From an uncultured archaeon (lineage in GTDB: Archaea; Asgardarchaeota; Heimdallarchaeia; Heimdallarchaeales; Kariarchaeaceae), in the NCBI GenBank assembly GCA_964645535.1, contig CAZYCQ010000002.1, positions 1,923 to 46,838 of the forward strand: a stretch of DNA of 44,916 nt, read 5' to 3'. The notes below the pieces were generated by a model that was not told the DNA's origin, did not search any database, and saw nothing but the letters and a program-made list of their open reading frames with translations. Shown here in pieces: positions 18,790 to 28,124 of the stretch (its first letter is position 1; each line of letters starts with the position of its first letter). Both the position numbers and the translations under genes were made by a program.

Positions 18790-19020
18790 TTATAGAAGGA
18801 AGAGAAGAAGTTCGACAGGTACTCCTTTCTTTCCGGTTATGCGGTTCTTTGCAAATTCAGCCGTTTCTTTGACGGCATTCTTGGTTTTTCTGGCGATTTT
18901 TGAGGCCTCCTTGCCGAGAGCATCTGTCATCCTTCCGAGGCTGGAATCAGGGGACATCTCCTTTTTGACAGCTTCGGAAAGAGCATGCAATTTTTTCATA
19001 GCGGAAGTATCATCACTCAT
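18790..19020 (-). CDS. Small helical hypothetical protein with hydrophobic C-terminus
   Basis: ATG start with AT-rich TATA-like upstream region; amphipathic A/K/E-rich helices. Confidence 0.55.
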   Translation of the reverse strand: MSDDTSAMKKLHALSEAVKKEMSPDSSLGRMTDALGKEASKIARKTKNAVKETAEFAKNRITGKKGVPVELLLFLL

Positions 19021-19092
19021 AGAATCCTGAATATATAATGACGATCTAGGGTTATAAACATCGCGTAATAAGTGATTGTCCTACTTCAATAC

Positions 19093-19100
19093 CTTAAAAC
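19093..19100 (+). promoter_or_regulatory. TATA box of NUDIX-MBL gene
   Basis: CTTAAAAC ending 22 nt before ATG 19123. Confidence 0.55.
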
Positions 19101-19122
19101 ACCCCCAAATGATAGGGGATTG

Positions 19123-20553
19123 ATGATTCCCTCGGCTTCCATTATATTGAAGGCTAGAGACGGCAAACTCCTGATGATGAGAAGGAGTCCAAAGATGAGA
19201 GCATTTCCCAATTCGTGGGTGTTTCCGGGAGGAAAACTGGAAACCTCAGTTGAACCCGGATACACTGGGGAAGAGGAGGAATTTAAGATACAAGCCTTGC
19301 AGGAGCTTTGGGAGGAGGTCGGCATTGTTCCCACCGTAGGCACCCCTACAGCAGAAAGATCCTCCAATGTCAAAGACTTGATTCCAGAGGAAAAGCTCAG
19401 GGAAGTTCTCAATGGCATGAAGTTCATTGGACGGAGGCAGACACCCCCCTTTTCCAAACGAGTATTTGATGCTGCGTATTTTCTGCTGAAAGTGGATGAA
19501 GCATACACCCCCATTCCTGATGGAACAGAAGCCGTGGAGGCAAAATGGGCACATCCAAAGGACATGATTGAATCCTTCAGGACAGGAAAGGCGATCATTC
19601 CTCCACCGGTATTGAGACTGCTTAAACTGTTCAACGGAGACGAGAAGGAGGCAATCGCCAAATCCTTGGAGGATCAAAGCAAACCTGTTGGACTCCAAAC
19701 ACCTGTTGAATTTGCAGAGGGAGTGGAGCATATTCCTCTTCGTTCATATACCGCCAAGCCCTTTCAGTATACCAACTTGACCATCTTCAGAGGAGATGAA
19801 GCAACGCTTCTTGTCGATCCAGGATGGAACGAGGAAGCAAGCAATGCAAGACCACTGTTGGAGACGATCAAGACGGAAAATGTCATTGTATTCCTCACTC
19901 ATCACCACAAGGATCATATAGCCGGGTTAGATCTTGTTGCAGAAATGTTTCCGGATGCAACAGTCATTGGATCAAGGTTCACTCTCGAAAGAGTGACAAC
20001 GGATTTGAAAAAAACCGCAGTAGATGAGTTAATGCTGGATCTTGTCGAAGAAGGCGAGGGCTGGGTGCTACATATTCTGCCAGCACCGGGACATACAAAG
20101 GGGCATTTGGTGATTTATGATATGCGGAATGATCTATTGGTTGCTGGAGACCACGTAGTCGGCATTGGCACAGCCCTTTTGGATCCTACAAGCGGATCCA
20201 TGTCTGATTATCTTAGAACAACAGACAAACTGATTGAGTTGAATCCCCGCCTGATTCTTCCTGCACATGGTCCTGTGATTTTTGAACCGCAGAAACGGCT
20301 ACAATACTATAAGAGACATAGACTGGAAAGAGAGGAACAGGTGATCAATTCGTTGAGGGCAGGAAATTCAACTGTGAAAGAGATAGTCGCGGATATTTAC
20401 AGGGAGGTCGATCAAAACCTGTGGAGATATGCAGGGTTCAATGTTTTCCTGCACTTACAGAAGCTGAAGGAGGAAGGTCGAGTCCAAGCAATGGAACAAG
20501 TGAATCATGAAAATTACGAACATGTGAAGTTCCAGTTGGTCAATACTCGATGA
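19123..20553 (+). CDS. NUDIX hydrolase fused to LACTB2-like metallo-beta-lactamase with C-terminal wHTH
   Basis: VFPGG...ELWEEVG (NUDIX box), THHHKDH, PGHT.GH, AGDH, PAHG; ATG 19123 follows a TATA box. Confidence 0.9.
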   Translation: MIPSASIILKARDGKLLMMRRSPKMRAFPNSWVFPGGKLETSVEPGYTGEEEEFKIQALQELWEEVGIVPTVGTPTAERSSNVKDLIPEEKLREVLNGMKFIGRRQTPPFSKRVFDAAYFLLKVDEAYTPIPDGTEAVEAKWAHPKDMIESFRTGKAIIPPPVLRLLKLFNGDEKEAIAKSLEDQSKPVGLQTPVEFAEGVEHIPLRSYTAKPFQYTNLTIFRGDEATLLVDPGWNEEASNARPLLETIKTENVIVFLTHHHKDHIAGLDLVAEMFPDATVIGSRFTLERVTTDLKKTAVDELMLDLVEEGEGWVLHILPAPGHTKGHLVIYDMRNDLLVAGDHVVGIGTALLDPTSGSMSDYLRTTDKLIELNPRLILPAHGPVIFEPQKRLQYYKRHRLEREEQVINSLRAGNSTVKEIVADIYREVDQNLWRYAGFNVFLHLQKLKEEGRVQAMEQVNHENYEHVKFQLVNTR

Positions 20554-21415
20554 AATTCAATTCCTCTTCTCTTAACCGGTGATTGAGGTTATGCTTTGCC
20601 AGCCATTTCTGCAAGGACGAAGGAGGGATGGGGTTGGCGGTGTGATCAATGGGTAAGGCAGTGGGAATACCATAAGCCCGTGCCCACCTGTCACTTCCCA
20701 AAGTAAGGTCATCAGGATGAACAAGGTTCTTCATGTGCCTATGAGCAAGGATACCTTCCTCTACCTCCTCGAAGATTGCCCCATAGGTTTTGCGTTCAAG
20801 AAACACGGGAAGGTAGTAATTTGATGTACGGGAGAGCGGAATATTGACAGAAAGCATTTTGATTCCTGTCGGAGGATCTAGAAGAAAATGGTACATCAGT
20901 TTGGGAAAGATTTCCAATGCCTTTGCAAAGGAATCTGGAGTTCTTGGTTCGTTGGCATACGGTGCACTGACTGCGATGGATCTCACACCTGCAATGACCC
21001 CTTCAACAGCACCACCAACAGTTCCAGAGGACAGGTGATGGCCAAGGCTGGTATTGCTTCCTACATTCATGCCGGAAACCACGAGATGAGGCTTTTTTTT
21101 GGATCGATAGATTCCGTAGTTGACACAATCAGCAGGAGTTCCGGTAAGGGTGGTCACGGCATGGTGACCTACAGTCACATTTTTTTCAACTCGGATTCGA
21201 TCGCGTATGCTGACCTTCTTGGCAATCCATGATTGCTCGTTCTTGGGAACAATGACTTCAAGATTAACCTTCAGATTGAAAGGAGGGGCTTCCAATCGAA
21301 AGATGGAATCAATGGTCGGTTCAAGGGCGGGGGAATTCACCCCGTCATCATTGGTCAACAGTATTCTATAGGTTTTCAAATCATGTTGCAGGGAAGCGGG
21401 ACATAAGATAAGCAT
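20540..21415 (-). CDS. surE: 5'/3'-nucleotidase SurE (true start probably slightly downstream)
   Basis: ILLTNDDG, GTPADCV, SGMNVGSN, SGTVGGA. Confidence 0.9.
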   Translation of the reverse strand: MLILCPASLQHDLKTYRILLTNDDGVNSPALEPTIDSIFRLEAPPFNLKVNLEVIVPKNEQSWIAKKVSIRDRIRVEKNVTVGHHAVTTLTGTPADCVNYGIYRSKKKPHLVVSGMNVGSNTSLGHHLSSGTVGGAVEGVIAGVRSIAVSAPYANEPRTPDSFAKALEIFPKLMYHFLLDPPTGIKMLSVNIPLSRTSNYYLPVFLERKTYGAIFEEVEEGILAHRHMKNLVHPDDLTLGSDRWARAYGIPTALPIDHTANPIPPSSLQKWLAKHNLNHRLREEELNFIEY

Positions 21416-21496
21416 TCGGAAAGGGTTATATAGGATGAAGGGACAAAATGTTCTATAAATTGGACAATCGCGGGAATAGGAAAAAAATAAGTTTTA

Positions 21497-22852
21497 ATGG
21501 ACTTTTCAGAAGATCGATCAGTGAATTCGGGATTCGGAAGGATCACTCAAAAGCTGAGGAGCAATCTTAAGGCAGACCGAATCCAGTCTACACTCAATCT
21601 TCTTCAGAAAAAGGACTATAGGAAGCTATGGGCATCTGAATTCATTTCAGAAATCGGAAACTACTTTTCCTTTTTCGGAGTCATTTTTTACGTCATTGAA
21701 TTAACCAAGAATGAAGGAACAGTAGAGACTGCCCAAACCCTTGCTGTGATTGTCACTTTCCAAGTGATCCCTACCTTGACAGTCGGACCATTTGTGGGAG
21801 TCCTAGTTGATCGTTTGGATCGAAAGAAAATATTGTTGGGAACCAACCTGCTTGGGTTCTTGGTCACTGTAGGATACAGTCTTTCAAGCAACGTACATCA
21901 GCTTTACCTTTTGGTGGTGCTGCATTCATTTGTCAGGTTAATCTTTTATCCGACACGAACAGCAATCCTTCCAAGATTGGTGGAAAAGGATCAGTTGCTC
22001 CATGCAAATTCCATGATCCAGATTTCGGTTCAATTTTCACGTCTGATTGGTCCTCTGTTGGCTGGAATTGTGCTTTCACAATTCGGGTTCTCTGCCGGCT
22101 TTTTGACTGATGGTGGCACGTACCTTATCGCAGGGGCAATGGTATTTACCATAGGAACAAACCTAAAGCCAAGGAGAATGGATGGAAAACGATTTTCGCC
22201 ATTGGAGGATATGAAAGGGGCAATTGAAATCATAAAGGGACGTCCCCAACTGAAGTATCTGTTTTCATCTTCGTTCATCCTTCTGGTTGGTGTGGGAGTT
22301 CTGGATCCGCTTTTGGCCCCGTTTCTCAACAGCGCCTTCGGATATTCGCCGAAGGAATTCGGTCTTCTGCTTGCTCTTTCAGCCATCTGTGGAGCAATAG
22401 CTGCCTTTCTCCTGATTGCACGCGGGGAGTTTTCCAATAAGCTCAAGATGATTGGCTTAGGTTATCTGTTGGGAGGATTTTCACTCATTCTGATGGCAGA
22501 GGCATCCTTGCAGAACAATAACGGCTACCTTCTTCTTGCCGCGGGGATGTTAGGAGTGGTGAATGTGGCAATCTATATCCTGACAGCCACCTTTATCCAA
22601 GAAACGGTCGAAGATACCAACTTAGGAAAGATCAATGGCATATTTGCCACCAACCTTGTATTGGGACAACTGATTGGGTCACTTCTTGCCTCATGGCTCA
22701 TCCGTCATTTTGCCTACGAGCAGATTTTTCTTCTTGTGGGAACGGTAGTGGCCTTAAGTGGGTTGGCATCAATCTATTCGGTTGTAAAGTTCAAGCTGGA
22801 CCGTCAGGTCACCGAAAGATCGTCAACTGGTGCGGTAGGAATAGGCAAATAA
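21497..22852 (+). CDS. MFS transporter (MFS_3 / efflux-like)
   Basis: 12 TM; motif A GVLVDRLDRKK. Confidence 0.9.
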   Translation: MDFSEDRSVNSGFGRITQKLRSNLKADRIQSTLNLLQKKDYRKLWASEFISEIGNYFSFFGVIFYVIELTKNEGTVETAQTLAVIVTFQVIPTLTVGPFVGVLVDRLDRKKILLGTNLLGFLVTVGYSLSSNVHQLYLLVVLHSFVRLIFYPTRTAILPRLVEKDQLLHANSMIQISVQFSRLIGPLLAGIVLSQFGFSAGFLTDGGTYLIAGAMVFTIGTNLKPRRMDGKRFSPLEDMKGAIEIIKGRPQLKYLFSSSFILLVGVGVLDPLLAPFLNSAFGYSPKEFGLLLALSAICGAIAAFLLIARGEFSNKLKMIGLGYLLGGFSLILMAEASLQNNNGYLLLAAGMLGVVNVAIYILTATFIQETVEDTNLGKINGIFATNLVLGQLIGSLLASWLIRHFAYEQIFLLVGTVVALSGLASIYSVVKFKLDRQVTERSSTGAVGIGK

Positions 22853-22876
22853 GGAAGGAGTCATAGTTGAAGTTAG

Positions 22877-23350
22877 ATGGTTAGCCGCACTAGATCAACA
22901 GAGGGTCTTTCATTAGCAGAAACATTCAATTCAATCAGCAGATTGCGGAAAGGTTTTTTTCTTGCCTATAGGATACTGCTGGTTTATCTTGCAGTCGGAC
23001 TGTTGATCAAGGGGTTCCAAGGCACTCTGGACACAGGAACGATCATCCTATCACTGTTGGTGGCTCTTGTGGCTTCAATCCTGTATTTGGTATCCCTTCT
23101 TTTCGAGATGTATCTGAAATCAGATCTGATCGCCTCACATGTCGGAAAGGACAAGGTCAGATTAACTTGGAACGGGATCAGTTCAGGGAATGTAGTATTT
23201 CGTTTTGTACCGACCAATCCGTCAATGGCAAAAGTGACCAAAGGGGACAAAAGATTTGCTTTGAAATTGGAGGGAGAGGCATTGGAAAAATCATTGGAAC
23301 AGACCCTTGACATCCTGAACGGACAACAGGTTGGTGAAACAAATGCCTGA
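22877..23350 (+). CDS. Hypothetical membrane protein (2 TM)
   Basis: Two TM helices then a soluble domain; overlaps the start of the MoxR gene. Confidence 0.65.
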   Translation: MVSRTRSTEGLSLAETFNSISRLRKGFFLAYRILLVYLAVGLLIKGFQGTLDTGTIILSLLVALVASILYLVSLLFEMYLKSDLIASHVGKDKVRLTWNGISSGNVVFRFVPTNPSMAKVTKGDKRFALKLEGEALEKSLEQTLDILNGQQVGETNA

Positions 23351-24239
23351 GGAGCCCATATTCGACAATCTGCTGGATAATGCCTTGAAACGTTCAAATC
23401 AAGTGAAGACACGGGTGGTTCTGAAAGGCCAGTACAAAGAGGCCTTTGACCTGCTTAGAGATGCTGCGGCCAGCCAGTTGACCCCACTGCTTCTGGGTCC
23501 ACCAGGAACAGGAAAAACGCTGATTGCACGTTATTTTGCGCAAAAGGAAGGGAAAGCCTTTGAATGGATGACCTTCGATGAATCGACAAAGCCTCAACAT
23601 TTGCTTGGCAGCTTTGATCCTGCCATCACCTTCAAGGAAGGGTTTGTACGGAATGCATTTCTTCCGGGACCACTCACCAAGATGATGGTTAAGGGAGGGG
23701 TTTTTTTCGCCAATGAGTTGAATCGGGCAACTGAATTCACCCAAAACACCCTGTTGGAACCAATGGAAGAGAGAAGTGTATACCTACCCCGTATTGGTCG
23801 AATCAAGGCAGATGATGATTTTTTCCTCATATCAGCCGCCAATCCTGCGGATCTGGCCGGTACTCACCGGCTTTCTGAGGCGCTGAAGGACAGGATCAAA
23901 TTGTGGATACCGTTGGATTATCCTCCCAAATCGATTGAAATGGAAATTGTGAGAGCCAATCTTCCGGAAATTGACCTTTCTGATGACATTTTGGAGCTGA
24001 TCTTCCGGATCATACAAGCCACCCGGCAGGCAAGGGAAATTGAGAAGCCTGCCTCAGTCAGGGCAGGGATTGCACTTGCAAAGCTTCTTTGGAGAAGGCA
24101 GTCCAATGGTGAAATCGACATGGAACAGGTTGCAGATCTAGCGTTTAACGTGCTTTTCGGATCAGTAAAATTTCGGGCGGGAATTGATGATCGGAAATCC
24201 CTTCAGGCCATTATCAAACGGGCGATTACCGGGACGTGA
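23343..24239 (+). CDS. MoxR-family AAA+ ATPase (CoxD/GvpN-like)
   Basis: GPPGTGKT, PGPL, FFANELNR, QN.LL, AANP, LSEALKDR, SVR; SD-like GGTGA before ATG 23343. Confidence 0.9.
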   Translation: MPEEPIFDNLLDNALKRSNQVKTRVVLKGQYKEAFDLLRDAAASQLTPLLLGPPGTGKTLIARYFAQKEGKAFEWMTFDESTKPQHLLGSFDPAITFKEGFVRNAFLPGPLTKMMVKGGVFFANELNRATEFTQNTLLEPMEERSVYLPRIGRIKADDDFFLISAANPADLAGTHRLSEALKDRIKLWIPLDYPPKSIEMEIVRANLPEIDLSDDILELIFRIIQATRQAREIEKPASVRAGIALAKLLWRRQSNGEIDMEQVADLAFNVLFGSVKFRAGIDDRKSLQAIIKRAITGT

Positions 24240-24245
24240 TTCAGA

Positions 24246-26183
24246 TTGGAACTTCCTTCCCTCATTGAATTTGCTTCAGAATTTGTGAATTTGGCAAGAA
24301 GGAAAGGACTTCCCACCTCGACAAGACAAGCCATTACCATTTCCAAGTTAGGTCATACAAGAAGAGTGAGAAAAAGTTGCCTTAGTGAAGGAGACTTCAT
24401 TGAGATTGCTGTCCTGACAACACCACCACCTCATCAAGAAACTGCAAGAGAGCTTGCAGAAGCCATTCTCAGGCAGGTACAGCCTTTGCAGGAGGAGGAA
24501 GACCTTGGCGCCAAAATAGATCGGTTTCTTGAAAAGACCAAGGCTCCAAGAGTGGACTCAAAAATCCAAGAGGAAGATAGACCCTTTCATGAAAAGCCCA
24601 TGGATGCAGAGCATATCTCTCGCGAAGAATTTGAACGATTGGTCACCAAAAGATTGGATGCCGAAGGGTTCCATGAAACGTTTTCATTCATAAGCAATAT
24701 GGATAAGGGTTCTGAAACGGATTTTGTAAGTGAGTTTCTGGATCTGGCAGATGAAGAATTGAAAAATACTGATCTGGATGAACTTCTTGGGAATGTGCAG
24801 AACAATGAAGCATGGGTGGATGCCGTCACCGAAAAACTGGAAAGCCATAATGAAAGGCAAAAAGACCAAGACACTCTTCAGCGTCTTCTTCAAGCCACCG
24901 AGCAGTTGTCAGATCCGGAATTACGGGAAGACATGGCAGATGGTCCACTCAGCCAAATGATTGAGTCCCTGCTTGATCAATCTGAAACCTTTGAAGAGTT
25001 CATGGAGCTCAAAAGGATAGCTGAAGAGACGGGGGCAAGATTCCCTGTGGATCTTGCACGGAAAAGGGGAGAAGCCCTTGGCTTTTCAGACAGGCAACTG
25101 GCAGAATTGGAGGCAAGTCCTGAAAATTTTCTCAAAGCAATGATAGAAAATGGAAGCACAGATTATAACTCTGCATCAAGGGCTTTAAGTACAGGAAAGT
25201 TGCCAAACCATACAGCAGGTCAACTTCTTGACATTGCCATTGAAAATGAAGATGCAGAAGCAGTGGCGGCATTCTTGACACATCGATTCGCAGAAACCCT
25301 GAAGAAGCTTGCTGAAAAGAAAGCTGAAGAGGAACTGCTGCGACAGGCCTTAGGGACGGCAGATGGCGAAAATCTGCTCGAACGATGGTTTGCGGAAAGA
25401 ACCGGTATTCCAGAAACTTTTCGTGAAATTCTGAGAGACTATGCGCGATCAGTACTCATCGAATTGGGGAGGTATTGGAAAAGCTCTTTTGGAAACGGTA
25501 TGGAACAGGGGATATTTGCAGGAGGGACGTTGCGACCATGGAGAGAGGGGGATGAGTTTGACCAGATAGACATTGAAGAAAGCTTAGAGAATATCCTGCA
25601 ATCCGGCAAATCATTGGATGACATCTCTCCAACGGACATTCTTGTCAGAGATTATGATCATGGGAAGAGGGCGGTACTGATGCTCATCGACAGCAGTGGC
25701 AGCATGGCAGGACTTCCACTGAAAACGGCAATTGCAACAGCCGTGATGTTGGCATATGCCATGCGCAATGAGGATTTAGGGATTGGAGTGTTTCAATCCA
25801 ACACCTCAGTTTATTGTTCTGTAGGAGACCGCCGCAGACATCTTGAAGAGATCGTTGATGGACTTCTGAGCATGGAGGCAAAAGGAGGAACAGTTGTCGG
25901 GGCGGGAATCGAGTGGGTTCAGAAGGAACTGACCCTTACAAGAGCGATCGAAAGAATAATCTTCGTGATTACGGATTCTTTGATCTTCGATCTGAGAGAG
26001 AACTTGGCGAAAATTGAAGGGATCTGCAATGAAACCACCAAGATGATCTTTGTGGTTCCGGATTTCACGGATGATTTCAGAAACCATCAATGGCTGATTG
26101 AAAAGGCGGGTGCCCTCTTTCTTCCATTGACCCATTGGAAAGAATTCCCTGCAAAGATTCGAGACATCCTGGCAAGGGGGTAG
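24246..26183 (+). CDS. VWA domain protein (CoxE-like MoxR adaptor)
   Basis: MIDAS DSSGSM...GGT...ITDS; CoxE-like N-terminus; acidic helical middle region. Confidence 0.88.
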   Translation: MELPSLIEFASEFVNLARRKGLPTSTRQAITISKLGHTRRVRKSCLSEGDFIEIAVLTTPPPHQETARELAEAILRQVQPLQEEEDLGAKIDRFLEKTKAPRVDSKIQEEDRPFHEKPMDAEHISREEFERLVTKRLDAEGFHETFSFISNMDKGSETDFVSEFLDLADEELKNTDLDELLGNVQNNEAWVDAVTEKLESHNERQKDQDTLQRLLQATEQLSDPELREDMADGPLSQMIESLLDQSETFEEFMELKRIAEETGARFPVDLARKRGEALGFSDRQLAELEASPENFLKAMIENGSTDYNSASRALSTGKLPNHTAGQLLDIAIENEDAEAVAAFLTHRFAETLKKLAEKKAEEELLRQALGTADGENLLERWFAERTGIPETFREILRDYARSVLIELGRYWKSSFGNGMEQGIFAGGTLRPWREGDEFDQIDIEESLENILQSGKSLDDISPTDILVRDYDHGKRAVLMLIDSSGSMAGLPLKTAIATAVMLAYAMRNEDLGIGVFQSNTSVYCSVGDRRRHLEEIVDGLLSMEAKGGTVVGAGIEWVQKELTLTRAIERIIFVITDSLIFDLRENLAKIEGICNETTKMIFVVPDFTDDFRNHQWLIEKAGALFLPLTHWKEFPAKIRDILARG

Positions 26184-26187
26184 TGAG

Positions 26188-28062
26188 ATGACGGACGCGG
26201 AAAAACAAGAGAGAAGAACTCGACCAATAAAAGTGGTGGAATTCGCATTTTCCCGGAAATTGGACATGGGCTATTGCATCCTTGAAACCGAAAAGGAAAA
26301 GGTCACATCAATTGCATATCAGGGAGGGAAAATCCATCATCATTGTCGACATAGCCCGAAGTATTGTACCCATATCAGGCAATTTCTAAGATTGGTGGAA
26401 GGGAAATCCAATTCACGCCTTCATGAGCAAGCGGAAATTCTCCATGAACACCCATGGCAAGTAGCTATGGAAGTTGCTGGACAATTACTGATAGAGGGAG
26501 AAATTGAAAATGCCCATCCGCTCAAGATTATAAGAGCCCATAATGCATTTCCAGATTCCCGATTAGGATCAATGTTTCTCAAAAACCTTCTTTCGGATAT
26601 CAAGTTATTTTTAGGATATTTCTTTGAGATAGTTGCAGTATTGAACTACAAGAAAAAAGGGGGAAATGATCTGTTTGAGATCCATTGTCGGCAGGTCACA
26701 AGCCAAATCCTCAAGACAAGGCTAATGGGGGACATTCTTCCGTCAACCAAGAAATTCTACCTTGATTTGATTGCTAACCGAAAAGAAGACGTTGCAAAAC
26801 ATCTCGAAATTTCAGTCACAGCCACACTTAAGGATATGTGGAAGATGGGAGAGGGAAAGGTGGCAGAACTTGCCTTCAAATTGAAAGCCATCCGGAGATG
26901 GTTTGAGCAAAATCCATTTGATTCGGACACAACGACCTTTTTCCTTGAAAAGATTGAGAAGAGTCTCAAGTCTTATAAGCCCCTGCGCACAAATGAAAGC
27001 AGGAAATGGGAATTCCTAAAGGAAATTCTAGATGGGAGACCATTGGACAAGAAACTTTTCAGAAGAGCGGTACGAAGAATCAAGAACATACACATCAGGA
27101 GATATTTTGAGAGGCTGGAGGAAAGGAAGAAAAGGATTTCTGCCCATAGGGTTTCGTTTGACGATTTCTTCATCTACCTCATGGAAAAAAGGGGGGAACG
27201 ACCCATCTATGATTTCCCTATACGAAGATATCATGAACGGATCTACCTTCCCAAACAACTTTTGGATGCAAATCCCACATTGAAGTTCATCCTCAAACGA
27301 ATTGCCGCAGATGAGTATTTGACTTATGATGAGGTTAAGGCACACCTGAAATTCTTCAAGTGGATGGCGGGAGAGCATGTGGAATCAAGATGGAGGCAAT
27401 CCCGTCGTTTGAGAAAGAAGCTAGCAGCCATATGGAAAGAGGGAGAGATATTTCAAGTCGATTTCATCTCAACCGTGGAATGGGGAGACCAATTTGTCCT
27501 GAAACTTGATGATAGACAGTTGCTGCTGGAACCTGAACAAGCACGCCAATGGGGCATTGAACCTTTCGATTTTATCCTTTGCAATACAAAATCTTCTGGA
27601 GACTTGGACATTCAGGGACTGATTGAATTGGATGATCTTGAACAACTGGTCGTACAAGGCCGAAGAATCAGAAGTGAGGTTTTGCCATGGCATCTGGTGA
27701 ATGGAGACCAACTACCTGCAATTGATGACATTAATAGAGCAATAAGGGTTGCAAGCAGGAGGGATTTTGTTTTGGGAAGCGATCTACTTGTCGGCATCCT
27801 TGAAAAAATGGCAGAAAATGGAAAATGGATATTTGAATCCGACAGATTTGCCATACTCCGACATCAAATGCATCAGGCAGTTGACAAGGAAGAAAAGGTG
27901 CGAGATGAATTGGCAGATCAATTTCTTCTGTTTCTTCCCCCATCAGTCCAAAGAGGGCTTGAAGCAACCTATGGCGACAGAAAAACCTTGTTGAAGGCAA
28001 TCTTCCATGCCTGCCTCAGGCAAGGGACATTTGAACAAGTGCTTCGATCACTTGCAGAATAA
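26188..28062 (+). CDS. Basic hypothetical protein with N-terminal SWIM-like zinc finger
   Basis: HHCRHSPKYCTH preceded by beta strands; K/R-rich. Confidence 0.65.
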   Translation: MTDAEKQERRTRPIKVVEFAFSRKLDMGYCILETEKEKVTSIAYQGGKIHHHCRHSPKYCTHIRQFLRLVEGKSNSRLHEQAEILHEHPWQVAMEVAGQLLIEGEIENAHPLKIIRAHNAFPDSRLGSMFLKNLLSDIKLFLGYFFEIVAVLNYKKKGGNDLFEIHCRQVTSQILKTRLMGDILPSTKKFYLDLIANRKEDVAKHLEISVTATLKDMWKMGEGKVAELAFKLKAIRRWFEQNPFDSDTTTFFLEKIEKSLKSYKPLRTNESRKWEFLKEILDGRPLDKKLFRRAVRRIKNIHIRRYFERLEERKKRISAHRVSFDDFFIYLMEKRGERPIYDFPIRRYHERIYLPKQLLDANPTLKFILKRIAADEYLTYDEVKAHLKFFKWMAGEHVESRWRQSRRLRKKLAAIWKEGEIFQVDFISTVEWGDQFVLKLDDRQLLLEPEQARQWGIEPFDFILCNTKSSGDLDIQGLIELDDLEQLVVQGRRIRSEVLPWHLVNGDQLPAIDDINRAIRVASRRDFVLGSDLLVGILEKMAENGKWIFESDRFAILRHQMHQAVDKEEKVRDELADQFLLFLPPSVQRGLEATYGDRKTLLKAIFHACLRQGTFEQVLRSLAE

Positions 28063-28124
28063 TTTCAACCAAAACATTTTCCTCATTAGGAAGACCTTTT
28101 TTACCGACATTTCCTGTTTGGAGT

